NCBI RefSeq assembly: GCF_008641065.1
Contig: NZ_VTRS01000012.1
Span: 22,206 to 54,205, forward strand
Source of the DNA: Rhabdaerophilum calidifontis
GTDB taxonomy: Bacteria > Pseudomonadota > Alphaproteobacteria > Rhizobiales > Beijerinckiaceae
DNA: 32,000 nt
Reading direction: 5' to 3'
In this document: one piece after another, positions 24,502 to 31,985 of the stretch
Layout: each line of letters begins with the position of its first letter
How positions within the stretch are numbered: position 1 is the first letter of the stretch
Program-made: the position numbers and the translations under genes
The notes under the pieces: generated by a model
Told to the model about the DNA's origin: nothing
Databases searched by the model: none
What the model saw: only the letters and a program-made list of their open reading frames with translations

Positions 24502-26715
24502 ATGATGAAGAAGGATCTGCTCTGGCCGAGCGCGCCAGGCGGCGGCGCTGACGTGCCCGGCGGCATCGCGGGCCATGTGCGCGGCGCTGCCCTTCAGGAC
24601 CAGGATGGCCGCGTCGCGCCGATGGTCAGCATTCTCGGCGCGCCGACCAAGTTCCGCGACGCCTTCGAGGCGTTCGACACGACCAGGCGCTGGAACGCCG
24701 TCCAGATCGCGCCCGGCGACATCGTGCAGGTCGACGGCAATGTCGCGGGCGCGAGCTATCTCGTGATCTCGAAGGATCCGCTCAGCGAGGCGACCGAAAC
24801 CATCATCGAGACGCTCGACAGCTTCACCATGCCCGTGCGCGTCGCCGCCGGCATCTCGCTGTCGCAGCGGATCAACGGGCAGGAGTTCTCGCTGGAGCTC
24901 GTCTCGACCGATGACTGGCCGGGCGTCGTGCCGCTCATTCCGGCAGGCCCGGTCGCCATTGCCTCGATCTCCCAGGCGACCACGACGCTCAGTGTCACGA
25001 CCGCCGCGCCGCATGGCCTCAGGATCGGCGAGCGGGTCTCGGTCTTCGGCGTCCCCGACAGCCGGCTCAACTATCCCTGTCTCACCATCGCGACAACGCC
25101 GACGCCCACGAGCTTCACCGCCACGGCCGGGCCGCAAGGCGCCATCCCCTCGGTGACGGCCGGGCCATTCAGCAGCGGCTCGATCATCAAGGCCGATCCC
25201 TTGGGCTATGCTCGCAATGGATCGAGCCTCGTTTTCGAGGGCACGACCGCGACGAACGAGAGCTACTATGTCCGCTCGGAGGGCGGCGACGCGCTGCCGT
25301 CGGGCACGATCGCAGGCAACCATGCCGCGGCCTTCTCGGTATCGACCGTCGCCACTCAGCTGGTCGCGGCGGCGGGGGCCTATGCGTTTGCACCTGCCGC
25401 CCTGTTCGAGATCCTGCCTCAACTCGAAAAGGTCACCTTCAGCGGCTCGCCCATCGACAGCGCCGGCGCGATCTCGGCCATGTTCAAGCGCACGCAGGTC
25501 GTTCCCAATCCGGCTCGCGACTACAAGCTTCGGCTGCGTGCGAAAAACCACCGGTCTCTGTCGCGCCCCGTCGGCAGGATCGTCTCGGCGGCCAAGGCGG
25601 GGTCGGCGACGGTGACCATCACGTTCGACCAGCCGCACGGATTGACGGTCGCCGATCTTGTCGTGGTCTTCGGCATCCGCGATCAGGTGAACTTCGCCAA
25701 TCTGGCGACCCCAACCGCCGTCGCGAGCGTGCCCAGCGCCACGACGATCACGATTCCCATCGGCGCGTCGGCGACCGCGACGTCATTTGGCGGCGTGGTC
25801 ATCCGGGTGAATGGCGGCGTCTTCGGCGCTCCCATCGGCCAGGTCGCGCAATCCGTTGCCCGCGCCGCCAATGTGCTGACGGTCACCGGCTCAGCCGCCT
25901 GGTCGGGACTGCAGATCGGCCAGTACGTCAATCTGCATGGCGTTCGTGACGCCGTGTCCGGAGCCGATCTCGGGCTCGACGGACCCTGGCGCGTGCGCGA
26001 CCTCGCAACGACCGCGCTCGTTCTCGAACCCATCGGAACAGCCCCGACTGGCGCGGATATCGTCACGACGAACTGCGGCGGCGCGGTACTCCCGCGCACC
26101 GACTTCCGGGTTCACTTCATCCGCATGATGGAGTTCACGCGCCTCATCACCGAATCCATCGGCGGCTTCGGGCGGGCCGACCAGATGGATGCCGCCCCGG
26201 TCCTGGTCACCAACGCCGTATCGGCGGTCACCGTCACCGGCGGCGTGGCGCAGGACGCTGTCGCGGGCAATCCGGTCGGGATCGGTGCGCGCGCCGCCAA
26301 CGTCAACCAGGCCGCGATGTCGGCGACCGGCGATCTCGTGCACCTCATGGCGACGATGATCGGCGCGCTCGTCAACAAGCCGTTCTCGATCCCTGAAGCC
26401 GATTGGAGCTATGCGCCTGCCGGCGTGATCGCCAGCACGGCGGACGTGTTGATCGCCGCCGCGGCCGGTGCTGGCATCCGCCGCTATGTCACCGCGATCC
26501 AGGTGATCAACACCAACGCGGTCGCAACCGAGTTCGTGATCAAGGACGGCGCCACGGTGATCTGGCGGATCTGGCTCCCCGCCAGCATGACGACGCCCTG
26601 GGACATCGACTTCCCCACGCCGCTGCGTTCCAGCGCCAATGCCGCGCTCAACGCCGCCGCCATCACCAGCGGCGCCAGCATCTATCTCGACGCGCAAGGC
26701 TACACCGCGCCCTGA
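24502..26715 (+). CDS. large hypothetical virion protein with three internal HGL-type repeat modules
   Basis: 737 aa with an RBS AGGAG. Repeats lie at about 24955-25125, 25570-25785 and 25843-26037 (T.T....PHGL..G..V.VFGV.D...N......). Confidence 0.65.
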   Translation: MMKKDLLWPSAPGGGADVPGGIAGHVRGAALQDQDGRVAPMVSILGAPTKFRDAFEAFDTTRRWNAVQIAPGDIVQVDGNVAGASYLVISKDPLSEATETIIETLDSFTMPVRVAAGISLSQRINGQEFSLELVSTDDWPGVVPLIPAGPVAIASISQATTTLSVTTAAPHGLRIGERVSVFGVPDSRLNYPCLTIATTPTPTSFTATAGPQGAIPSVTAGPFSSGSIIKADPLGYARNGSSLVFEGTTATNESYYVRSEGGDALPSGTIAGNHAAAFSVSTVATQLVAAAGAYAFAPAALFEILPQLEKVTFSGSPIDSAGAISAMFKRTQVVPNPARDYKLRLRAKNHRSLSRPVGRIVSAAKAGSATVTITFDQPHGLTVADLVVVFGIRDQVNFANLATPTAVASVPSATTITIPIGASATATSFGGVVIRVNGGVFGAPIGQVAQSVARAANVLTVTGSAAWSGLQIGQYVNLHGVRDAVSGADLGLDGPWRVRDLATTALVLEPIGTAPTGADIVTTNCGGAVLPRTDFRVHFIRMMEFTRLITESIGGFGRADQMDAAPVLVTNAVSAVTVTGGVAQDAVAGNPVGIGARAANVNQAAMSATGDLVHLMATMIGALVNKPFSIPEADWSYAPAGVIASTADVLIAAAAGAGIRRYVTAIQVINTNAVATEFVIKDGATVIWRIWLPASMTTPWDIDFPTPLRSSANAALNAAAITSGASIYLDAQGYTAP

Positions 26716-26735
26716 CGCTGGCTTTCGCCACAGGC

Positions 26736-26815
26736 GCGCACAGGGCGCGATAGTCCCACGCCCGCATGTCTGGCGCAGCCGCATTCGCATTGGCGACACA
26801 GCGCGCCCTGTGCGC
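26736..26815. repeat. 14-bp perfect inverted repeat with a 52-nt spacer in the intergenic region before the lysis genes
   Basis: GCGCACAGGGCGCG (26736-26749) and CGCGCCCTGTGCGC (26802-26815). Confidence 0.7.
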
Positions 26816-26850
26816 CACCACGGGCCAACCCCAAACCAGAGGAAGAAACC

Positions 26851-27192
26851 ATGCCCGCAACAGCTGCGGCGGCGGTCACCGTCGCCCCGGAAACCCTGAC
26901 GATCACCTGGATGGTGGCAGGCGGGATCATCGCCCAGCTCCTGATCCTGATCGTCTTCCTCGTCCGGGTGGCCTGGTGGCTGTCACACCGCTTCACGCTG
27001 ATCGACGCGACGCTGGCCGGTAACGCCAAGGAGATCAGCGCGATCAAGGCCGACGTTTCCAACGACATCGCCGGGCGAAAGGTCGTCGCCGAGGCCCGCA
27101 CCGACATCGCCCAGATCAAGGCGACGTTGAGCGAGTTTCGGGAACGAATCGACCGGATCGAAGCCAATGAGGATGGGCGCAAGCACGCCTGA
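26851..27192 (+). CDS. membrane protein with one N-terminal TM helix and a coiled-coil C-terminus (holin-like or i-spanin-like)
   Basis: 113 aa with an RBS GAGGAAGA. The TM segment is ITWMVAGGIIAQLLILIVFLVRVAWWL, followed by heptad-like AKEISAIKADVSNDIAGRKVVAEARTDIAQIKATLSEFRERIDRIE. It lies adjacent to the hydrolase gene. Confidence 0.55.
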   Translation: MPATAAAAVTVAPETLTITWMVAGGIIAQLLILIVFLVRVAWWLSHRFTLIDATLAGNAKEISAIKADVSNDIAGRKVVAEARTDIAQIKATLSEFRERIDRIEANEDGRKHA

Positions 27193-27227
27193 TCCGCCGC
27201 TCTCAACCCCAATCGCAACCCGACGCA

Positions 27228-27257
27228 AAGTCCGCCCTCCGGCGGGCTTCGTCGTTT
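27228..27257 (+). terminator. terminator-like hairpin
   Basis: AAGUCCGCC-CUCC-GGCGGGCUU gives a 9-bp stem including one G-U pair. It is followed by CGTCGTTT and then AGGAGG plus the ATG of the hydrolase gene. Confidence 0.4.
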
Positions 27258-27269
27258 CAGGAGGTCGCC

Positions 27270-27740
27270 ATGCTGCCTGCCCAATACCGATGGCTCGAAG
27301 CCGAGCCCGGCCCGCGCATGATCGCCGAGGCACTGAAGCAATACGGCACGCTCGAAGCGCCGGGCGATGCCGACAATCTGAAGATCATCGGCTGGCAAGA
27401 CGAACTCGAAGCCGCCGGTCTCGGCCGCGTATATGCCGGGGTCTACCGCCACGACGCGATCCCGTGGTGCGGGCTGTTCATGGCCATCGTCACCCATCGC
27501 GCCAACATCGAACGCCGCCCCGAGCGCAATCCACCGCGCCTCTATCTCTCTGCGCTCGAATGGGTGTCCTTCGGCGTCTCGGTTCCGAAGGGCGCGGCGG
27601 CGCTTGGCGACGTGCTCGTCTTCAAGCGCAAGGGCGGCGGGCATGTCGGCCTCTATGTCGGCCACGACGCCTCGGCCTTCCACGTTCTCGGCGGCAATCA
27701 ACAGAACCGCGTCTCGATCACCCGGCTGTCGCGCAACCGG
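27270..27740 (+). pseudogene. TIGR02594-type peptidoglycan hydrolase (endolysin candidate), 3' end replaced by IS sequence
   Basis: AGGAGG RBS. The sequence reads PWCGLFM...GDVLVFKRKGGGHVGLYVGHDASAFHVLGGNQQNRVSITRLSRNR, then continues in frame into transposase sequence. The junction at about 27736-27775 is approximate. Confidence 0.65.
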
Positions 27741-28460
27741 ATCGAGGAGATCGCGCAGGTCACGCTGGCTGATCATCACGATTACCAGTTGCTGCGGCGG
27801 ATTCCGGGAATCGGGCCGATCAACGCTCTGACAATCCTCGCCGAGGCCGGAGACCTGAGACGGTTCGGCCACCACCGCCAGTTCCTGAAGTTCTGCGGCC
27901 TCGACCTCGCTACCTGCCAATCCGGCACATTCCGCGGTCGGACTAAGCTGTCGAAGTACGGCAATGCCCGCCTGCGCCGAACGTTCTGGATGGCGGCGCA
28001 GGTCGCCGCGCGCCAATGTGACAACAGCTTCCGCGACAAGCTCGGCCGCTATGTTGCCGGCCACGCGGACGATGCCGATCGCCGTCGCAAGGCGATGACC
28101 GCGCTCACCGCCAAGATGGCGCGGGTGGCGCATGCCGTCGTCAAGACGGGGACAGAATACCGGCCGTTCCTGGAGCGACCGGGTGCCAGGTGGAAGGACC
28201 CCTCTCTGCAAGGGCCGTGAGGGCGCCAAAGGCGACCCTGTAGATAATGTTCGGGCCTTCCACCTGGGTGCGTATCTCGTCTTGAGGACGGTGAGGACCA
28301 CGGCCGTGTCAATGCCGCTGGATCCTGTGTTTGCTATGGCTGGGAGCGATCCCGTTGGCGGTGGAAACCATCTGGATCAGCTTACTGCCGACGTCGGCGA
28401 TCTGCCGGCGCTATGAGACCTGTTGGCCAAAGCCCAAAGCTGCTTCCCGACATCGGGCGT
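27741..28460 (+). mobile_element. IS110-family element remnant (3' part only)
   Basis: The C-terminal transposase domain DYQLLRRIPGIGPINALTILAEAGDLRRFGHHRQFLKFCGLDLATCQSGTFRGRTKLSKYGNARLRR...AMTALTAKMARVAHAVV ends at 28220. The N-terminal catalytic half is absent. The downstream non-coding stretch is assigned to this remnant only tentatively. Confidence 0.6.
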
Positions 28461-29028
28461 TATCTGAGCGAACATGTTCCGGCACACCGCGCAGGATAAA
28501 CAGGTCCGAGAGCACGTCGATGACATCGATCGCCTTCAACCTTCGATCGATGCGGATCGCCAGGCATTCATGCGTGAACTCGTCGATGATGTTGAGCATG
28601 CGATATTTTCTCCCATCATGAGTGCGGTCCTCGACAAAGTCGTAGGACCACACGTGATTGGGCCGCTCGGCACGCAGGCGGATGCAGGGTCCGTCCGCAA
28701 GCCAAAGACGGCCGCGCTTGGATTGTCGGGCTGGAACTTTCAGCCCCTCACGTCGCCAGATGCGCTCAACCCGCTTGCCATTGACGACCCAGCCTGCCGT
28801 CGAGCGTAGCAGCGCGGCGATCTTGCGATAACCGTAGCGGCCATAGCGGCGGACCAGTTCGACGATGTCGGCGATGAGTTGCTCCTCATCGTCGCGTCCG
28901 CGCGGGATCTGGCGCTGGGTCGAGCGATGCTGCCCGAGCACACGGCAGACCCGCCGCTCCGACACCTTCAGGGCGAGCCGGATATGCTCGATGCAGGCAC
29001 GGCGACGCGCGGGGCTTACCAGTTTCCC
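28411..29028 (-). pseudogene. IS3-family transposase OrfB (integrase core), C-terminally truncated
   Basis: The -1 frame from G_GGA_AAC (29028..29022) reads KLVSPARRRACIEHIRLALKVSERRVCRVLGQHRSTQR...NHVWSYDFV...HVRSDN, then turns into unrelated sequence and stops. The third catalytic acidic residue region is missing. Confidence 0.7.
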
Positions 29029-29343
29029 GAAGCCGCCTCCTTCAGGATCAGCTTGTCGAGCGTCAGGTCCGCGACGGCGCGACGGAGCCGGGCGTTCTCG
29101 GCCTCAAGCTCCTTCATCTGCTTCACCTGATCTGACTTCAGTCCGCCGAACTCACGACGCCAGCGGTAGTAACTGACCTCCGTCACGCCGATCGAGCGGA
29201 TCGCATCGGCAACGGATTGGCCCTGCGAGACCAGCACATCGACCTGGCGCAGCTTCGCGACGATCTCTTCAGGCTTGTGGCGCTTCTTCGGCATGGCGGT
29301 CCTCCTGTCTGCCAAAAGACATACTTCAGGGTGGACCAATTCA
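28460..29343 (-). mobile_element. IS3-family element, 3'-truncated
   Basis: orfA and orfB lie in -1 register. The terminal sequence TGAATTGGTCCACCCTGAAG (minus strand from 29343) fits the TG... terminus typical of IS3 ends. orfB similarity stops after the SDN motif at about 28460, and no right end is visible. Confidence 0.7.
29016..29294 (-). CDS. IS3-family transposase OrfA (HTH)
   Basis: The 92-aa product is MPKKRHKPEEIVAKLRQVDVLVSQGQSVADAIRSIGVTEVSYYRWRREFGGLKSDQVKQMKELEAENARLRRAVADLTLDKLILKEAASGNW. The ATG follows AGGAGG. Confidence 0.8.
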   Translation of the reverse strand: MPKKRHKPEEIVAKLRQVDVLVSQGQSVADAIRSIGVTEVSYYRWRREFGGLKSDQVKQMKELEAENARLRRAVADLTLDKLILKEAASGNW

Positions 29344-29345
29344 AC

Positions 29346-29357
29346 GGGGGGGGGGGG
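29346..29357. repeat. G12 (C12 on the coding strand) homopolymer at the IS3/rhomboid junction
   Basis: I counted 12 consecutive G directly in the sequence. The tract lies 2 nt outside the putative IS3 terminus. Confidence 0.9.
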
Positions 29358-29771
29358 ATCAATGGCGCCGGAAGCCCCGAGGGCGGGCACGACCGAGTCG
29401 GGGTTGGCCAGGGCATGGGCGAGCCCCGCGGCCACGCCGCAGAAGAGATAGAACAGCGCGAACCGCGCCGGCCCGAGCCGGTCCTCCACGGCCGGGCCGA
29501 CGATCCAGAGCGTCCACATGTTGAGGATGACGTGAAGCCAGCCCCCATGAAGGAAGATGTTGGTCAGAAACGGCGCCCAGTCGGACGGCGCGATCAGGCG
29601 GAGCTGACCGAAGAAGCGCGACGGAACCAGCGCGAAGTCGAACAGGAACCGGTCGAGCACGCGCGGCGGCAGGCCTACCTGATAGAGGAACGCGAGGACG
29701 CTGATCCCGACGACCGTCCAGACGACGATCGGCGGGTATCTGCGCGCGACGGGGGCAGCCCAGGGGAACAT
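29358..29771 (-). pseudogene. rhomboid family intramembrane serine protease, truncated just after the catalytic GASGAI motif
   Basis: The sequence reads FLHGGWLHVILNMWTLWIVGPAVEDRLGPARFALFYLFCGVAAGLAHAL....VPALGASGAI, then the poly-C tract and the IS3 end. The His-containing C-terminal helices are absent. Confidence 0.75.
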
Positions 29772-29805
29772 GCCACGCCCTCCGCGCTCCTGCGCCCGCC
29801 CGTCG

Positions 29806-30315
29806 TCACGGTTTTTTCCCTGCGACTGTCACACCCGTCCAGGCCGGGGGATCCGAAGCCGGGAAGGATTCGAGCGAGGCTTCGAGGACCGGATCGAACG
29901 TCTCGCGGTCGCTGGCGGACAGGTCGGTCGCGCCTTCCTGCGCGACAGCGCGCGAGACGCGGAGATCGGCGCTGCCGCGATCGGTGCGGAACGGGATGCG
30001 GAAGGCGCCCGGGGCATCGGCGCCCCTGTACAGCCGATGGTGCGCTTCTCCCGTCCATCGGTTCGCCATCCGTGACGGCGCGGCTTCCTCGCGCACGACG
30101 TATCGCCAGTCCTGCCGCTCAGCGAAGTCCACAGCGCTGTCACGATCGGGGAACTTCAGCCGGATCGGGCGATAGGGATCGTCGCTTGCAGTCCATCCCA
30201 TCAGCGGCTCGATCTGCGGCGGACGCGACGGCTCGAATTCGAGAACCCAGTAGTTGGGCCGAGGCGCCGATGTCATCGCGGAACGGGCCGGACGGTAGAT
30301 GATCGCCGTCGGCAT
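29806..30315 (-). CDS. ETC complex I subunit region (NDUFS4-like) protein with a C-terminal extension ending in an FPASDPP motif
   Basis: Internal ATG at 30315. MPTAIIYRPARSAMTSAPRPNYWVLEFEPSRPPQIEPLMGWTASDDPYRPIRLKFPDRDSAVDFAERQDW matches the bacterial NDUFS4-like family. The extension contains DPVLEASLESFPASDPPAWT. Confidence 0.7.
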   Translation of the reverse strand: MPTAIIYRPARSAMTSAPRPNYWVLEFEPSRPPQIEPLMGWTASDDPYRPIRLKFPDRDSAVDFAERQDWRYVVREEAAPSRMANRWTGEAHHRLYRGADAPGAFRIPFRTDRGSADLRVSRAVAQEGATDLSASDRETFDPVLEASLESFPASDPPAWTGVTVAGKKP

Positions 30316-30573
30316 GTCCCAGGTTGGCAGATCGGTTCCGGGAATTTTCGGCGGAAACGGTGGGCGGTTATGGCCGCGCATTTTCACGATCCTTATGTGG
30401 TCTGTGCTTGTCTCTACGCTGCGTATGATCCCTGTCCCGCAAGAAGATCGGCGTCGGTCCGCTGCCGAAGGGATTGAAGCCGGCCCCCAGGCAACGCTCG
30501 AAGATCGTTTCGTCCCATCGGGTGAAATCGTCCTCCTCGCCGGCAAGTCGCCCGTCATCCACCACAGGGCACC

Positions 30574-31221
30574 TCACGCCTTTGCCGATGGGGGAGCGTC
30601 ATCGAAGGCCGCACCGTCCGAACGATCCGCCTTGCGAAGCCGTAGCCCGAGGAGGATCATCATCACCCCGAAGACCGCGGCGTAGAAGCCGATCAGCCAG
30701 CCGAGCGCGAGGAAGCTTTCGACCGGGCGCGTCAGCAGCATCCAGGTCACGACGACACCGAGAACGACCGAGAGAAGGCCGCTCAGGATCAGCCAGATTT
30801 CGCCGTTGATTTCCTTTCGCAGGCGGATCGCTGCCGCGATCTCGAGGGCACCCGAGAACACGGACCAGAATGCGATGCTGGCCCAGAGGAATGTCGCAAG
30901 CACAAGCGTCGCGACAAAAGGCGAGACAACCACGACGACGCCCGTGGCGATGCCCAGAATGCCGCTGAACATCAGCCAGCCCCAGCGTTTGCCCTTGCGG
31001 ATGTTACGTATCGCGGCGACGAGGCCGAACACGCCGTCGGCAAAGGCGAACGCGCCGAAGACCAGCGTGAGCGCCAGAAGCGCTTCCGCAGGCATGACGA
31101 AGGCTAGCACTGCGATGATCAATGCGAGCACGCCGCGTAACACGAATGCCCACCAATTCCGGGACAGGCTGCACAGCATGTCCTGCATCTTATCAGTCGG
31201 GTTTTCAGAGGCTATGGTCAT
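30574..31221 (-). CDS. HdeD/DUF308 family membrane protein
   Basis: 215 aa with an AGGAG RBS. The NWW..VLRG.L.L..G motif is followed by about six hydrophobic helices. Confidence 0.75.
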   Translation of the reverse strand: MTIASENPTDKMQDMLCSLSRNWWAFVLRGVLALIIAVLAFVMPAEALLALTLVFGAFAFADGVFGLVAAIRNIRKGKRWGWLMFSGILGIATGVVVVVSPFVATLVLATFLWASIAFWSVFSGALEIAAAIRLRKEINGEIWLILSGLLSVVLGVVVTWMLLTRPVESFLALGWLIGFYAAVFGVMMILLGLRLRKADRSDGAAFDDAPPSAKA

Positions 31222-31247
31222 TGGTCGATCTCCTATTCAGTTCCATG

Positions 31248-31985
31248 TCAGGTGTCGGAGCCGGCCTCCTCGCCGGTTAGGGCGGCGGCCACGCGGCGGC
31301 GATCCTCGATCGGCTGAGGCAGACGCCGCGTGTGAGCGATTTCCCGTTCGATGGGCGCGCGGCCTGATGGATCTCTGACCAACCCGGCTTCGGCAAGCCT
31401 CGCGCGTAGTGTCGCGCCCGCATTTTCTGCGATCTCGGCGACCACTGTCTCGGTCAGGCCGAAAAGGTCTGCCGTCTCCGCGATCGTAGCGTTGTCGAGG
31501 TGGAGCCGATAGAGAACGCGGCGTTCGACCGACGGAAGATCGGCGATTGCCCGGTGCAGCACCATGGCGATCTTATGCCGATCCGCTTGGCTCTCGGGGT
31601 CTGTGCCGCCGTCGTCGGCGAGGAGGTCCTCCAGCATCAGCACTTCGTCGGGCTGGTAGAACTCGAACATCGCCTGATCCGCCTCGGTCGGATCCTCCGC
31701 CGGGGCCTCGGGTTCCGCCTCGATGGAGGCGGCATCCTCAGGCACGGCGCGGCGGGCGGCGCGGGATTCTTCCTCGATGGTCTCAAAAGCCAGCCGTTTC
31801 AGCCAGTCGCCGACGGAAAACTCCGAAGGCCGATCCTCGAAGCGGGCCAGCCCCTTGAGGATCGTCGCATCGAAGAGAGCTGGCTCGGGAAATCTGGACA
31901 GCGGGGATAAGTGGAAATTCTGCCTGAGATCGGCATGATGCCGTGAACAGGAGAGACCATGACGAGACGACCGCGCCGGAACCAT
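31248..31985 (-). CDS. sigma-70 region-4 (HTH) containing protein, ECF-sigma-like; 5' end uncertain
   Basis: The region-4-like block is LPSVERRVLYRLHLDNATIAETADLFGLTETVVAEIAENAGATLRARL. The region-2-like remnant is FSVGDWLKRLAFETIEE. The first roughly 30 codons use atypical AT-ending codons, so the annotated ATG is doubtful. Confidence 0.5.
   Translation of the reverse strand: MVPARSSRHGLSCSRHHADLRQNFHLSPLSRFPEPALFDATILKGLARFEDRPSEFSVGDWLKRLAFETIEEESRAARRAVPEDAASIEAEPEAPAEDPTEADQAMFEFYQPDEVLMLEDLLADDGGTDPESQADRHKIAMVLHRAIADLPSVERRVLYRLHLDNATIAETADLFGLTETVVAEIAENAGATLRARLAEAGLVRDPSGRAPIEREIAHTRRLPQPIEDRRRVAAALTGEEAGSDT

Noticed and set aside
28221-28410. Searched for continuation of the IS3 OrfB integrase core (PEF...W.NG...) in the other minus-strand frames, and for a small gene or RNA.
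   Set aside because: Hand translation of all three minus frames gave short, stop-interrupted peptides with no integrase-core motifs. I treat the region as non-coding IS-remnant DNA of uncertain origin.
30316-30573. Possible EcfG-type general stress promoter (GGAAC-N16-17-CGTT) upstream of the NDUFS4-like gene.
   Set aside because: The only GGAAC on the relevant strand (complement of 30335-30339) lies 20 nt from the start codon and has no CGTT at the right spacing.
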